Made by a program: the position numbers and the translations under genes | Notes under the pieces: generated by a model | Told to the model about the DNA's origin: nothing | Seen by the model: the letters and a program-made list of their open reading frames with translations, nothing else | The model's database searches: none | Assembly: GCA_001179505.1 (NCBI GenBank) | Contig: CDMY01000523.1 | Location: 1-57,834 of the forward strand | DNA: 57,834 nucleotides | Direction: 5' to 3' | Source: Vitrella brassicaformis CCMP3155 | Lineage: Eukaryota; Protista; Chromerida | Part shown: piece by piece, positions 1 to 12,629 of the stretch | Layout of the letters: the number at the start of each line of letters is the position of its first letter | Numbering within the stretch: position 1 is the first letter of the stretch

Positions 1-688
1 CCCTCTCTGTCTGTCTGTCTGTCTGTCTGTCATCTCTCCCCCGCCCCCCACTCATCAGCCGACACACTCATGGCAGCCAGACCGACCGACACGCAAAGCC
101 CCACAACACAACACAATACACTCTCATAAACACGACAGCCGTCAGTCCATCGATGCCGTCCACGCGGCAGAGAGACAGACAGTCAGTTCACTCACATCAG
201 CTCGTCGACTCATCGGCCGATCTCACAGCGGCAGCCGCTCGGCCGTCGTCCGGCTTTGTTCCAGCGAGTGAATCAGCACACCAACCACAGCTGACACACA
301 CACACAGACACAGACGTCATCGGCCGCCCCTCTCTGTGTGTCCGTCTGTGTGTCCCTCCCTCTCTGTGTGTCGATCGGTCTACCATTGCTCGCAGACACC
401 AAAGCCCATCATCAGACCGCCGCACACCGCCGCATAATGAGCTCTCGTGTTGCCCTGCTGTCGTCCGTCAGTCGACGACCGACACCCACACGCAAAAGGG
501 CCACGACAGAGAAACAAAGGGAGAGAGATGTCAGCTAAGGCCAGGCAGTCAGTACTTATTGGGCAGCAGGGGTCGGCGCATCGGCCGATCTTTCTTTTTT
601 CAGCACACATCATCCCCACCACTCAGTCACACCCACAGAGAGACAGACAGACAGACACACATGACTCACAGACAGGCAAACAGACAGA

Positions 689-719
<31 letters not shown>

Positions 720-2070
720 CCATTCCCTCGCCCGCCCCTCTGTGCGCATCTCTGTCGCCGCCCGGCAACCCTAAAGCACCAACACCCTTCACGGGCTGAC
801 GCTCTGGAGTTGCCAAGAAGTCGATGATGCCCACAGAGAGGGAAGCCAGATGTCTGTGTGTGTGTGTGTCGGTCTGTCTGTGAGCCGGCCGTGTGTGACG
901 GATGCATCGACGAGAGATCGACACACTCTCGCGGCCATGCGTAGCACATGACCACACTACAGGCAGACGGCCACCGCCACCCCCCACAGCGATTCCTTTG
1001 TGCAGCCAACCAGCCAATCCTCCCTCTCTGTCTGTCTGTCTGTCTGTCTGTCTGTCATCGCTCCCCCGCCCCCCACTCATCAGCCGACACACTCATGGCA
1101 GCACACGGCTGATGGGTGAGACGCCGAGGACCAATGACAATGGCAGCCAGACCGACCGACACGCAAAGCCCCACAACACAACACAGTGAGATCGACGCAC
1201 ATACGACCAAAAGGCGACATAGTGAGAGATTCAGTTCAGTTCAGTCAGCCCGTCCGTCGGCTCATCGGCCGATCTCTCTCCTTTCAGCACATATCATCGC
1301 CATCAGCGCGTCGAAGCCATCAGAGAGCCAAACAGACACTCACACACTGAGGACAGACAGACAGACATCTGTGTGTGTGAGTCCTGCCTGTGTCCCAATG
1401 TGTGTGTGTGCCCACCTCTCTCTGCGTACCAGTTGGTCGAGTGCAGTGTTGTCGCCAGGCACCGCCGCCCCGCCCCCGCCACACGACATCTGCAGCCCAC
1501 CACACACACAGACAGATGACCACCACCACCATCCCGTCATCGCAGCGCCATGCATCACCTGGCTGTCACCACCCGTCATGGCATCAATCGCCCCTGTGTG
1601 TTTTTCGGTGAAAGCGCCCGAGAACAGAGAATCGGAGGGAGGGAGAGAGGAAGGGGTGAGGGCAGATGACAGATCTCGTGCAGTGGGCCGTCACCGAGGG
1701 CTGACAACGGGGCGGGGCAGGGCGACCAGAGGGTATGAGGGGTCAAGGGTAGGGTTTGAAACCCTGAACCCCACGAGCTGAGCTGGGGGCCCCCACCAAA
1801 CCCCCAGCCTTTGCCGCGTTCCTTTCGCCTGTTTGTCTCTTCTGTCGTTTCAATGGTCTCACTGCGGAGCGGTTCATGTGATGAAAAAAGAAAATTAATT
1901 TGCGGAAGTCGGTGATCGAGTGACGATCGAATTGCCGTTTTTCTCAAAGCTCACACATTCGTTTGGCCATTTCGGTGCACGAGATTGTCCAGTGAGAGTC
2001 CAGAGGACCATCCAGTGAGAGAATGGAGAGAGGAAAAGCTTGTTCCTCCAGCTCGCACCGCCCTCTTCCC
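1..2070. repeat. Modular dispersed-repeat cluster 1 (probably continues left of the window)
   Basis: About 70-600 recurs at about 10750-11290, and about 1020-2070 recurs at about 7040-8110. The module CCATTCCCTCGCCCGCCCCTCTGTGCGCATCTC...CTGACGCTCT (about 715-810) recurs at about 6470, 10290, 11560 and 12660. Confidence 0.9.
1747..1772. repeat. Telomere-like palindrome AGGGTTT-G-AAACCCT(GAACCC)
   Basis: Perfect 7-bp inverted repeat at 1751-1757/1759-1765. Identical copy at 7773-7787 and a degenerate copy at 13724-13768. Confidence 0.8.
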
Positions 2071-2741
2071 TATTTTGGGCTTCGTCTGCGGCATGCTGCT
2101 GCTGCTTCGTCACTGCACACGAGGGGTCTTGAACTCAGGCACAACGACACACAGGCAGCAGGCAGATCTCGGCGGTAGAAGCGGATCTTGTTCAGGCAAC
2201 GGGAGCCGACCCGCTCCTCCAAACTCGGGAAGAGAGCGCCACTCGGAAGTCAATAGGACACAATCACGCCTCTATTCTCTTCTATCTGCTCGTCTGTTAC
2301 GTGTGGGATGGCGGGCCGCTGAGCTGACAGACAGCAAAGGTGAGAGGGAGGCCACACACTTACTGACCCATTCAGTCACCTCAATGCGTTGACCTTCTTT
2401 GTCTGTGAGCATCTCTCTCTCTGTGTGTTGTCGGCTCATCAGTCACTGCAGGCGTGTTGGTTCGGTGTTGGCGGCCTCCCCATCTGCCGCTGCTGCTGCT
2501 GGTGGTAGGCCAAACATACTAAGAAGATCGAGCTGTCGCGAATAGCACGCCGAGCAAGGCGTACGCAGGAGTGGGCACCAGCACAAGCCTTCTGATCGTC
2601 CCCTGACTGCGAAAGAGATTGAGGAGCTGTGACTCTGCTGGTGCGGCGCATCTCCGTCGTGGTGTCCTCTGCTCTCGTCGAGGGTGCTGCCGTCGCCTCC
2701 TCGGTGTCTGCTGTCATCGTCCTGCTGCGGTGGCCGGTGTT

Positions 2742-5012
2742 ATGGAGCCGTCTGTGAGTGTGCGGTTCGCTGGCGATGGGGAGGGCGATGCGCCCCTCGA
2801 GAGAAAGGAGGGCGTTCTGCGGCAATTGAAATACTTCACTCAGGTCAGATGCGACACACCAAACACGCCAGAGATGACAGACACGCGACATGGACACCAT
2901 GTGTGTCGTCTGTGTGTGTGCAGGTGATGGACGGTGAGTTTTCGGAGGGCCAGGAGCGTCAGGTGTGCATCGAGAAGATCAGCCGGCCCATCGGTGAGGT
3001 GGTGCTGCAGCAGGAGGTGGACATCGTCAAGTCGCTGACCAAGGACAATCTGCTCGACGCGATGACAGCTCTCGACTACCTCCAATTCGACGTCGACCGA
3101 ATCTTCACAACGGGCAGCAGTCAGAGCATCCTGTGGCGCATCCATCGCAAGGTGAGCATCGGCAAGAGAGAGACCTCAATCTCGTTCATGGCTCCACTGT
3201 CGGTGCCTTTCGGTCTCTGTCAGGTTGTGGGCGAGGGATGGCTTGCCGACCATCAGCTGGCCACCGGTCTGCTGGACGGCTTCAGCCGCTACCCCTTCAT
3301 GGCCCGATTCATCCACTGCCATCCCGACATCTGCGCTGCGCTGCGTCAGTGTCTGCGGAAGAAGCCTGACGTCATCAGCGAGCAGTGGAGCCGTCGTGAA
3401 ATGGGCGAGGACACTGACGCTACCAAGGCAGCGTTGAGCCTGGCGGCTAGCCTGGCCGACGCCATCTCGTATGACGCAATTGATGTGTCGCGTCAAGAGC
3501 TTGCCCGATTCATGAAATCAGTGAAAAACACGGCATCTCTCTCGACAGCCCATGGTAAGAAGGTCAACTGGCGGGAAGGCTAACATCAGTGACATCTGTA
3601 ATCTCTGTTGTGGTCGGTTTGGTGCCTTGTATGTCTGCAGCGGCTGTTTTCGAGTCGGACGAATTCTCATTGCCTTCTACGGCGACGGTGCGGCCCTTTG
3701 CCGGCGAGCATGAAGGACCCATCACATGTATGGGATTCCGCTTCAACGTGGTGGGGCTGCCGCCTCCTTACGCCCCCTGTGCACCCAACAACCTGCCGGC
3801 CAACGTTATCCGCGACAGCGATGCGAAGCTGACAGATCTGGCGGGCTGGCACGTCAACTTCCCGCGAGTCGTTTGCGGAGCCGACAGGGAGTCGTTTGTG
3901 TCGTGCTACGCGGCTGATTGCTACCTGCAGGTGGCTGGTCCTTACGGCAACTCCGATACCACCCGTCCCATGGTCCGATTGCACGAGAGCCCGACTCTGA
4001 GCTGCAATGCGATCCGAATGGGCGAGGAAGCGTCGGCTGGCGTCTCTGTCGGTCCATTTGGTTTGAGCCTGCTGGGAGGATCACTCTGGTTATGTGGCAA
4101 CGTCCCCATTCTTTCTGCCGATGCGCTGGCGCAGGAGGGGCTGGGGGATACTCGTCTGAGGGATATTCAGCTCAAGGTGACGGCTCGCCGGTTCCCTATG
4201 CGTGAACTGGCTCTCCACTACCTGCGGATGTGCGTCATCGAGGGCCGCTGTGAGGAGATCTCCATGATGGCCAGGCAAGTGGAAATGAGCACCTGCACAG
4301 AGACAGTACGTCTCTCACTCTCTCTCTCTCTCTCTGTGATCGTCTATGTGTGTGTAGGTCGATTCATCGTGAGGTCGCTGAGTACCTGCTCACCAGCATG
4401 GGGGGGGTGGGGGGGGTGGGGCGTCATCGCCTTCCACTGATGCTGTATTGGGCGGCGGCCATTGAGGGCCTCTCTCGGCATCGAGCTGAAGGTATTTCAT
4501 CCGGGCTGGAGCGTCACTTTGACATCAAGGATGTGCCGGCCGTCCTTCCTGTGGTGCCCAAGCTTTCATCAGCCATCCAGACGGCCTTCAAAGATACCGT
4601 AAAGAAGGCAGTCGACGCACACGATGAGGAGGCCTTCGACCAGCTCTACGACCAGCTCACCACTTGCAGCAAGAAGGTAAGCCAGCTCCACTGGTCTTTT
4701 CATCCCCTATCCCGGGCCCACTGTCGGTCTGTCTATGTCCATGTGGCTCTTGTCCGCGCAGGAGGCGGCCGAGCGGCATCGTCTCGCCGCCGAGAATGAA
4801 CGTCTTCGAAATGAGAACGCCCTGCTCAAGAAACAGGTCAGTTGGGTGTTTGTTCAGCCAGCTTGCATCAGTCATTGCCAGCGTGCCTGTGTGTCGTTCG
4901 TTCGCTGGTTTAGGAGTGTCGTGGGACAAAGCGGCCGCGGGATGAGATGGAGGGCCAGCCGCAGCAGCAGCGGCAGCAAGAGGGGGAAGCTGACCAGGAG
5001 ATGAAGTCATAG
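2742..5012 (+). CDS. BTB/POZ-like domain protein of a lineage-expanded family, 7 exons, about 595 aa
   Basis: Exons 2742-2843, 2924-3151, 3224-3554, 3641-4274, 4358-4676, 4762-4836, 4914-5012 are all phase-compatible (1788 nt); intron 4 is GC-AG. The N-terminal YFTQVMDGEFSEGQERQVCIEKISRPIGEVVL...LLDAMTALDYLQF fits the BTB pattern. The C-terminus is coiled-coil-like (EAAERHRLAAENERLRNENALLKKQ). Confidence 0.8.
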
Positions 5013-5974
5013 ATAGTAGGCGTCATCCATCCCTCCATCCATCCCTCCACGTGTGATGCGTGTCGTGACCAATTATCATTTTTGCCAGTTTGTTTTGTGT
5101 CGTGTCGTATCGACCGGTTGCTCCCTTGCCTCTGGCTGACTGCTTGGATAAGGTCGGACGGCTCGATTGATATTTATATCCATGCCGTCATGCCGGTCTG
5201 TTTGACCGTAGGCAGACCAGTGACAGAGAGTCAGCCAGCCAGCCAACCGGCTGATTCGTTTGGTACGGCGTGTGTACACACAAATGTATACATACGTCGG
5301 CGACAAGTATACATACAAACATACAAGCATACAAACGTACATACATACATACATCTACCAGCGGCCACGTGCGGTGCGCATTGTGAGCGATGATGAGTGT
5401 TGGCTTGCCTGCTGTCGTGGCTTGCCATGTCTTGCCTGCTTATTGCGTGGATGGGATCCATGAACAAGTGCATTCAGAGAGGTTCTTCTCTCTCCACTGC
5501 CTTGCCTGTTTGCTGGAAGCTCTATTCATACGCTCGGCATATGAATGAGTGCGGCGTATCCATCCATGCGTGCGTTGCTCGTGGATGTGCGTGTGACTGA
5601 CTGCAATGAATCCAACCCCTTGTCATTTATATGCAAAGGAGGACACTTGTCCGTGTATTCATGTGCTCACATTCGTGGATGTGTGTGGTTTTGTGGCTGC
5701 AGTGAATGGATAAATACGGTTTCACTTCAGAGAAAGGTCACACTCATGCAAACATGTACCGGAAGCCATCCGTCATGATGCGATTCAATGCATCCACCCA
5801 TGGACACGCACGAAGAGATTCACCTATGCACTCCAGCCAGCGGCCCACCGATGGCTCTCATTTCGTCGGTCCTGTCTGTTTTTCTGTCTGTCTTTGCGAA
5901 GGAGGGAAGCGGAGAGAAGACAAGACACCTTACGTCTGCTGACTGCCCACACCAGTCAGCGCCCCCTAATGCAG

Positions 5975-8110
5975 CGGCCGTGCAAGCCACTCAGTCAATC
6001 ATGAGCCACACACATCACCGAGTTACTCACACCGTCAGTAGTCGGCTTTGACCACACCAAAGGCAGCTCTCTGTTACTTTCCCTTGTGTGTGTATGTGTG
6101 TGTCTGTCGGCCGCTCGATAACCATCACACACAGAGAGTGATAATCAACACTCACTGTGCGAGGACACCGAGGACAGCAGACAGACAGCCAGCACAGCAC
6201 ACACGCAGGCAGCACCAAACAATGCGTCTCCGTCCCATCTCTCCCTCTCCCCGCCACTCACACAGCGAAAGGCACATAAAGGCCGAGATACGTAAGAGCG
6301 AGGCACACACAGATCGTTTTATCCATCCATCCAGTGTGTGGAGTGAAAGCCTCACATGGCTCACGAGTGTGTCCATCACGACACACTGGCAGGCAGGCAA
6401 AGAAACAGGCAAACACATCGCTCTCTCTCTCTCATTGCGTGTGTGTGATGGGTAAGCAGTCGTGTGTGTGTGTCCATTCCCTCGCCCGCCCCTCTGTGCG
6501 CATCTCTGTCACCGCCCGGCAACCCCAAAGCACCAACACCCTTCATGGGCTGACGCTCTGGCGTTGACGGCGGGAGACAAAGATGCCCACAGAGAGAGGG
6601 GGGGACACACACGAGGAAAACCAATACATGGTACCAGATACAAGACATCATAGAGAGGTCAGTCTCTCTCTCATCCACTCGACAGGCGGAGAGCTTTCCG
6701 TGGCGCTGGGTGGCTTTTTGAGTGTCTGTCCAGCTCTCTGGGTGGAAACTTCAGCCACCTTGCCGGCCGAAGCACCAGCTTGTCGCCGCACCTTGTAGGG
6801 CGGTGCCGACAAAAAACAGTGGCGAAGACTCTCTCTCTCTCTCTCTGTCTCCCTCTGAGGCAGACAGATCAGTGTGAGAGTGTGTGTGTCGGGCTGTCTG
6901 TCTGTCTGCCGGCCGTGTGTGACGGATGCATCGACGAGAGATCAACACACTCTCGCGAGCAACCATCACACCCCACCGATCAACAGACAGACGGCCACTG
7001 CCACTTCACACAGCGATTCCTTTGTGCAGCTAGCCAATCCTCCCTCTCTGTCTGTCTGTCTGTCTGTCTGTCTGTCATCTCTCCCCCGCCCCCCACTCAT
7101 CGGCCGACACACTCATGGCAGCTGACGGCTGAAGAGTAGAAGGTCGCTGAGTTATGACAACGGCAGCCAGACCGACCGACACGCAAAGCTCCACAACACA
7201 ACACAGTGAGATCGACGCACATACGACCAAAAGGCGACACAGTGAGGGATTCAGTTCAGTTCAGTCAGCCCGTCCGTCGGCTCATCGGCCGATCTCTCTC
7301 CCTCCAGCACATATCATCGCCATCAGCGCGGCGAAGCCATCAGAGAGCCACTCAGACACTCACACACTGAGGACACACAAACAGACAGACATTTGTGTGT
7401 GAGTCCTGCCTGTGTCCCAGTGTGTGTGTGTGTGCCCACCTCTCTCTGCGTACCAGTTGGTCGAGTGCAGTGTTGTCGCCAGGCACCGCAGCCCCGCACC
7501 GCCACACGACATCTGCAGCCCACCACACACACAGACAGATGACAACCACCACCATCCCGTCATCGCAGCGCCACGCATCCCCTCGGCGTGTCACGCACCC
7601 GTCATGTGCATCAGTCGCCCCGTGTGTGTCGGTGCGAGCGCACGAGAACAGAGAACCGGAGGGAGGGAGACAGGGAGGGAGGGCAGATGACAGATCTCGT
7701 GCAGTGGGCTGTCAGGATGGCTGCCGACAAGGGGCGGGGCAGGGCGGCCAGAGGGTTTGAGGGGTCAAGGGTAGGGTTTGAAACCCTGAACCCCACGGGC
7801 TGCCAGCTCCCATGAAAGGCCCCCACCAGACCCCCAGCCTTTGCAGCACTCTTTTTGCCTGTTTGTCTCGTCTGTCGTGTCAATGGTCTCACTGCGGAGC
7901 GGTCAATGTGAAGAAATCAGAAGACGAATTTGCGGAAGTCGGTGATCGAGTGACGATCGAATTGCCGTTTTTCTCGAAGCTGACACATTCATTTCGCCTT
8001 TTCGGTGCACGAGATTGTCCAGTGAGAGTCAGAGGACCATTGCGTGAGAGAATGGGAGGGCTGAGAGAGGAAAAGCTTGTTCCTCCAGCTCGCAGCGCCC
8101 TTCTCCAAGG
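5975..8110. repeat. Modular dispersed-repeat cluster 2
   Basis: About 5975-6560 matches about 9770-10390, about 6870-7150 matches about 870-1110, and about 7040-8110 matches about 1020-2070. Confidence 0.9.
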
Positions 8111-8435
8111 AGCGTCAATGGGGAGAGCTTTACAAGAAGTCTGAGTGGAGAGATCTGCAACGAGAGCACCCGAGCGATGAGCCCCGGAGGGAGAGAGTGT
8201 GTCTGATCTCTCCTCCCTGATCTCACCCACCGCTGGCTTGTTCATCACCTGCACCGCCAGGTATCACAATACGCACCGCTTTCTTCTGTGCAGCTTCGGT
8301 CAGCTGTGGACCTTGGCAACTGAGGGCAGCCGCTGCTTCCAATCTGCGCTGACGCTGCCTGCCTGTGGCATTTGCGGTGAGAGCTTAAGGGGGCTGGGCT
8401 CTCGAACAGTTTGAGCGGAGAGATCTAGCTACCCG

Positions 8436-9321
8436 ATGGCACAGCTCTCCACGTGTGGTGCGCTGCTGATGATGACTCTCAGCTTGACGTGTGTTGGCGC
8501 GGAGGGACAGCAGGTGCACACGGAGGCCATCGATCCATTCCTTCGATGCTCTGATGTTCATGGCTGGTTTGTGTGTTCCAGGTGAATTTGCGTCGAGTGC
8601 AGGTGTCCCCTCCTGGCAACACGTCGCTGTCTGCCGCAGAGCATGAGGGGCTGCTCGACTTGATGGGCAATGACAATGGCACAAAACTCAACTCAGTATA
8701 CCGGTAGGCAATCACACACACACACACACACACACCAGAGAGAGAGAGAGAGAGAGAGAGAGATGTGTGGGTGTGTGGGTGTGTGTGTGGCGTAGGACGT
8801 CTGTGCATGGCACCACCTACGATGATCTGCTGGACAGTGTGGGCGACGCAGAGCCTCTCGTGTTTGTCATCAGAAAGGACCAGTACGTCTTCGGCGCCTT
8901 CATCAATTGTGGTCTGGAGCTGCCCGACGACCCCACCGACTACAACGGGTACGACTGTGACCTGTGGCATTTCTCGCTGGCCGGCCACTTCCCCGAGCCC
9001 ACCAAGATCGAGATCAGCCGAGTTTCTCAGCGGGTGCGGGTGGCGGGGAGGGAGGGGACTTTGCTTCTGGATGCGAAAGTGATGATCGGTCGGTACCTGT
9101 TGTTGGGTGTCGACGAGGACAGTGGCCGGCCAGCTGCCGACATCCGCAGCTGCTATCAGTTCACCTGGCAGCGCAACCTGCCTGCGGGCTATACGGGGGC
9201 GAGGGATAATGATGGCGGTACGGGGGTGAGGAATAGCGATGGCGATGCTTTTCTGGGCGGGTCGGCGTATTTCCATGCGGATGAGATTGAGGTGCTTCAC
9301 GTGATGGGGAATAGTCGGTGA
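8436..9321 (+). CDS. TLDc (TLD) domain protein, 3 exons, about 241 aa; start uncertain, possibly a truncated RING-TLDc gene
   Basis: Exons 8436-8513, 8582-8703, 8796-9321 are in phase. VYRTSVHGTTYDDLLDSVGDAEPLVFVIRKDQYVFGAF...WHFSL...FHADEIEVL is a TLDc signature and is paralogous to 14909-15398. Confidence 0.75.
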
Positions 9322-9769
9322 GGAAGGGGAAATGTTTCGATTTGGCGTGCGATGAGATGAGTGCTTTACGGAGGTCCGATTGGCTTTTGTGTGCCTCACG
9401 TAAACACACCTAGTGCATGCCGCATGGGGTGTGACAGAGGGGATAAGACGATTTGGGGGGAAATGCAGTTACTTCATTTGTTCAAGTCGCTGCATTGTGG
9501 TGTGTGTGGTGTGTGGATATAATGGGATGGACTGACTGGCTGAATGGTTTGACGGCACCACAAGAGGGTATGCACATCAATCCCCTTTGTCCGTCAGTGG
9601 ACTCGCCATGCAAAGCTCATCACATCTGTGTGTCGATGTCTTGCCCACCCGTCCCTCATCGAACACAGCCACTCATTCACTCACCCATACAACACACCCC
9701 ACACACATCCATCTCTGTGTGTGAGAGTCTCATCTCATTGTCTGTGTGCTCACTGCCCACACCACTCAG

Positions 9770-11700
9770 CGCCCCTCAACGCAGCGGACATGTCAGCCAC
9801 TCAGTCAATCAATCAAAAGCTACACACATCACCAAGTAACTCACACCGTCAGTAGTCGGCCAGCCATCGATGGAATGAGTGACCACACTAAAAGCAGCTC
9901 TCTGTTACTTTCCTGTGTGTGTGTGTGTGTGTGCCTGTCAGCCGTTCGATAACCATCACACACAGAGTGATAATCAACACTCAATGTGCGAGAAGACTCT
10001 AAGACAGCAGACAGCCAGCACAGCACACACGCAGGCAGCACCAAACAAGTGTCTCCGTCCCATCTCTCCCTCTCCCCGCCACTCACACAGCGAAAGGCAC
10101 AGATCGTTCCATCCATCCATCCATCCATTGTGTGTGCGTATCGACAAATCGATAAATGGAGTGAAAAGCCTCACATGACTCACAAGTGTGTCCATCACGA
10201 CACACTGGCAGGCAGGCAAAGAAACAGGCAAACACATCGCGCTCTCTCTCTCTCTCATCGCGTGTGTGAGATGGGTCAGCAGTCGTGTGTGTGTCCATTC
10301 CCTCGCCCGCCCCTCTGTGCGCATCTCTGTCACCGCCCGGCAACCCCAAAGCACCAACACCCTTCGTGGGCTGACGCTCTTAAGTTGCCAGGTGGACTTA
10401 GATGCCCACAGAGAGAGAGGGGACACACACGGACAGAACACACTCTCTCTCGGACGAAGTGACACGCAGATCAGTGTGTGTGTGTGTCGGCCTTTCTGTC
10501 TGTCAGCCGGCCGTGTGTGACGGATGCATCGACGAGAGACCAACACACTCTCGCGACCATGCGTCACACAAGGCATGATGACAGACAGACGGCCACCGCC
10601 ACCCCACACAGCGATTCCTTTGTGCAGCTAGCCAATCCTCCCTCTCTGTCTGTCTGTCTGTCTGTCATCTCTCCCCCGCCCCCCACTCACCAGCCGACAC
10701 ACTCATGGCAGCACACGGCTGATGGGTGAGACGCCGAGGACCAATGACAATGGCAGCCAGACCGACCGACACGCAAAGCCCCACAACACAACACAATACA
10801 CTCTCATAAACACGACAGCCGTCAGTCCATCGATGCCGTCCACGCGGCAGAGAGACAGACAGTCAGTTCACTCACATCAGCTCGTCGACTTATCGGCCGA
10901 TCTCACAGCGGCAGCCGCTCGGCCGTCGTCTGGCTTTGTTCCAGCGAGTGAATCAGCACACCAACCACAGCTGACACACACACACACAGACGTCATCGGC
11001 CGCCCCTCTCTGTGTGTCCGTCTGTGTGTCCCTCCCTCTCTGTGTGTCTGTCGGTGTACCATTGCTCGCAGACACCAAAGCCCATCATCAGACCGCCGCA
11101 CACCGCCGCATAATGAGCTCTCTGTGTTGTCCCGCTGTCTGTCGTCCGTCAGTCGACGACCGACACCCACACGCAAAAGGGCCACGAGAGAGAAACAAAG
11201 GGACAGGCAGAGAGATGTCAGCTAAGGCCAGGCAGTCAGTACTCATTGGACAGCAGGGGTCGGCGCATCGGCCGATCTCTCTCCCTCCAGCACATCATCC
11301 CCACCACTCAGTCACACAGACAGAGAGAACACACATGACTCACAGCCGAGTGCACCATGACTGACACACCAACAGGCAGCCAAACAGCGGACCGAATGGC
11401 AGGCACACCAAACGAGACTGACCTTCTTCTCTCACTCTCTGTCCCATATCTCTCTCTCTCCTTCCCACGCAGACTGCGTCAATCCGTCAACACGAGTTGG
11501 TGTGATGGCAAGAAGACACAACCAATGCCTCATTCGGTGTGAGGGGTAAGCAGTCGTGTGTGTCCATTCCCTCGCCCGCCCCTCTGTGCGCATCTCTGTC
11601 ACCGCCCTGCAACCCTAAAGCACCAACACCCTTCGTGAGCTGATGCTCTCTCGTTGCCGGGCGGGATCTTAGATGCTCACAGAGAGACAGGGGAGAACAC
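9770..11700. repeat. Modular dispersed-repeat cluster 3
   Basis: Same modules as clusters 1 and 2 in a different order. About 10750-11290 is nearly identical to about 70-600. Confidence 0.9.
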
Positions 11701-12629
11701 ACACGATACAACACAACACAGAAGGCACCAAAGAGTCAATGTGTGTGGTGTCCAGCCAGTGCGACAGAAAGATCAGCACACGAACACACACCCTCTCTCT
11801 CCATCCCACAGCAGACAGCCAGCACACCACTCACAAACATCACACCACAGCAGCACCAAACAGACGTCAGGTGTCCACTCGAGCCGAATTCTCGCTTTCT
11901 CACTTGACGGACTGATTTCACCACGGCGACTCGATGAAGACGTCACGACCGCGACATGAGACGAGACGAGATGGAAGAGGGCAGTGAGTGGGTGTGGGGG
12001 GGTGTGGGTGTGGGTGACCCCACGGGGACAAGAAAAATCATGGCGGTGAGGGCACGCACGGTGTGCACATCCAAACGGGTAGGAGGATCTCGATCATTCA
12101 TATGACAGCTATGGCAATGGAGGCACCAAAAAGACACAGACAGACACCCTAGAGCTGAACGACGGATGAGCGATCGATTCGATCGAGTCACGTGTGTTTG
12201 TGGGTGAAAGAATGAATGAGTGGCTGGATGGACCGACCGATCTGTGTGGCATCCGTTGTGGAAGGGCGGGCGTGCAGACAGAGAGACAAGGCACCCACTG
12301 CATCAGACAGGGAACACACCCTATCCCGTCCTCTCCCTCTGTTGCACACAGCACCAGCCCGCAGAAGAGCTCAAATGGCGTAAAATACAGCCGCACCAGT
12401 GACATCACCAACACACAGACAGACAGCACCACAGCAGCAGCAGCAGCAGTAGCAGCATCAGCACACTGTACAAGACACGAACCGTACACACAGACCTCTA
12501 TGTGTCCAACAGACAGCGAGTGACAGAGCGACAAGATATACACAGCACGGTCATCATGGCGGCAGCAACATCCCTTCTCGCCACACGACATTTTCAGCCT
12601 GCAGCTATGCGGCCCAAATAGCTACTGCC

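Noticed and set aside
153-1781. Many 60-220 aa ORFs in the repeat clusters (e.g. ERQPVKGVGALGLPGGDRDAHRGAGEG)
   Set aside because: They recur only because the DNA is repeated. Frames are broken by microsatellite length changes between copies and no splice-consistent model could be built.
1751-1790. Hairpin followed by CTGA as a Helitron 3' end
   Set aside because: Homology with the second copy continues about 300 bp past the putative end, so it is not a terminus.
5010-5012. Genome-wide reassignment of TAG to Gln
   Set aside because: Apparently normal genes end in TAG (5010-5012, 21956-21958, 25815-25817), and several TAG-bearing copies carry frameshifts too. Only context-dependent readthrough remains possible.
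8479-9399. 306-aa minus-strand ORF (likewise 14886-15359, 28064-28813, 28380-29312)
   Set aside because: Antisense or alternate-frame shadows of the TLDc, RTF2 and SulP coding exons in GC-rich DNA, with no recognisable domains.
11900-12600. Possible minus-strand exons (ORF 12109-12591)
   Set aside because: Low-complexity and Cys/Val-rich from (TG)n content; no consistent splice model or motif.
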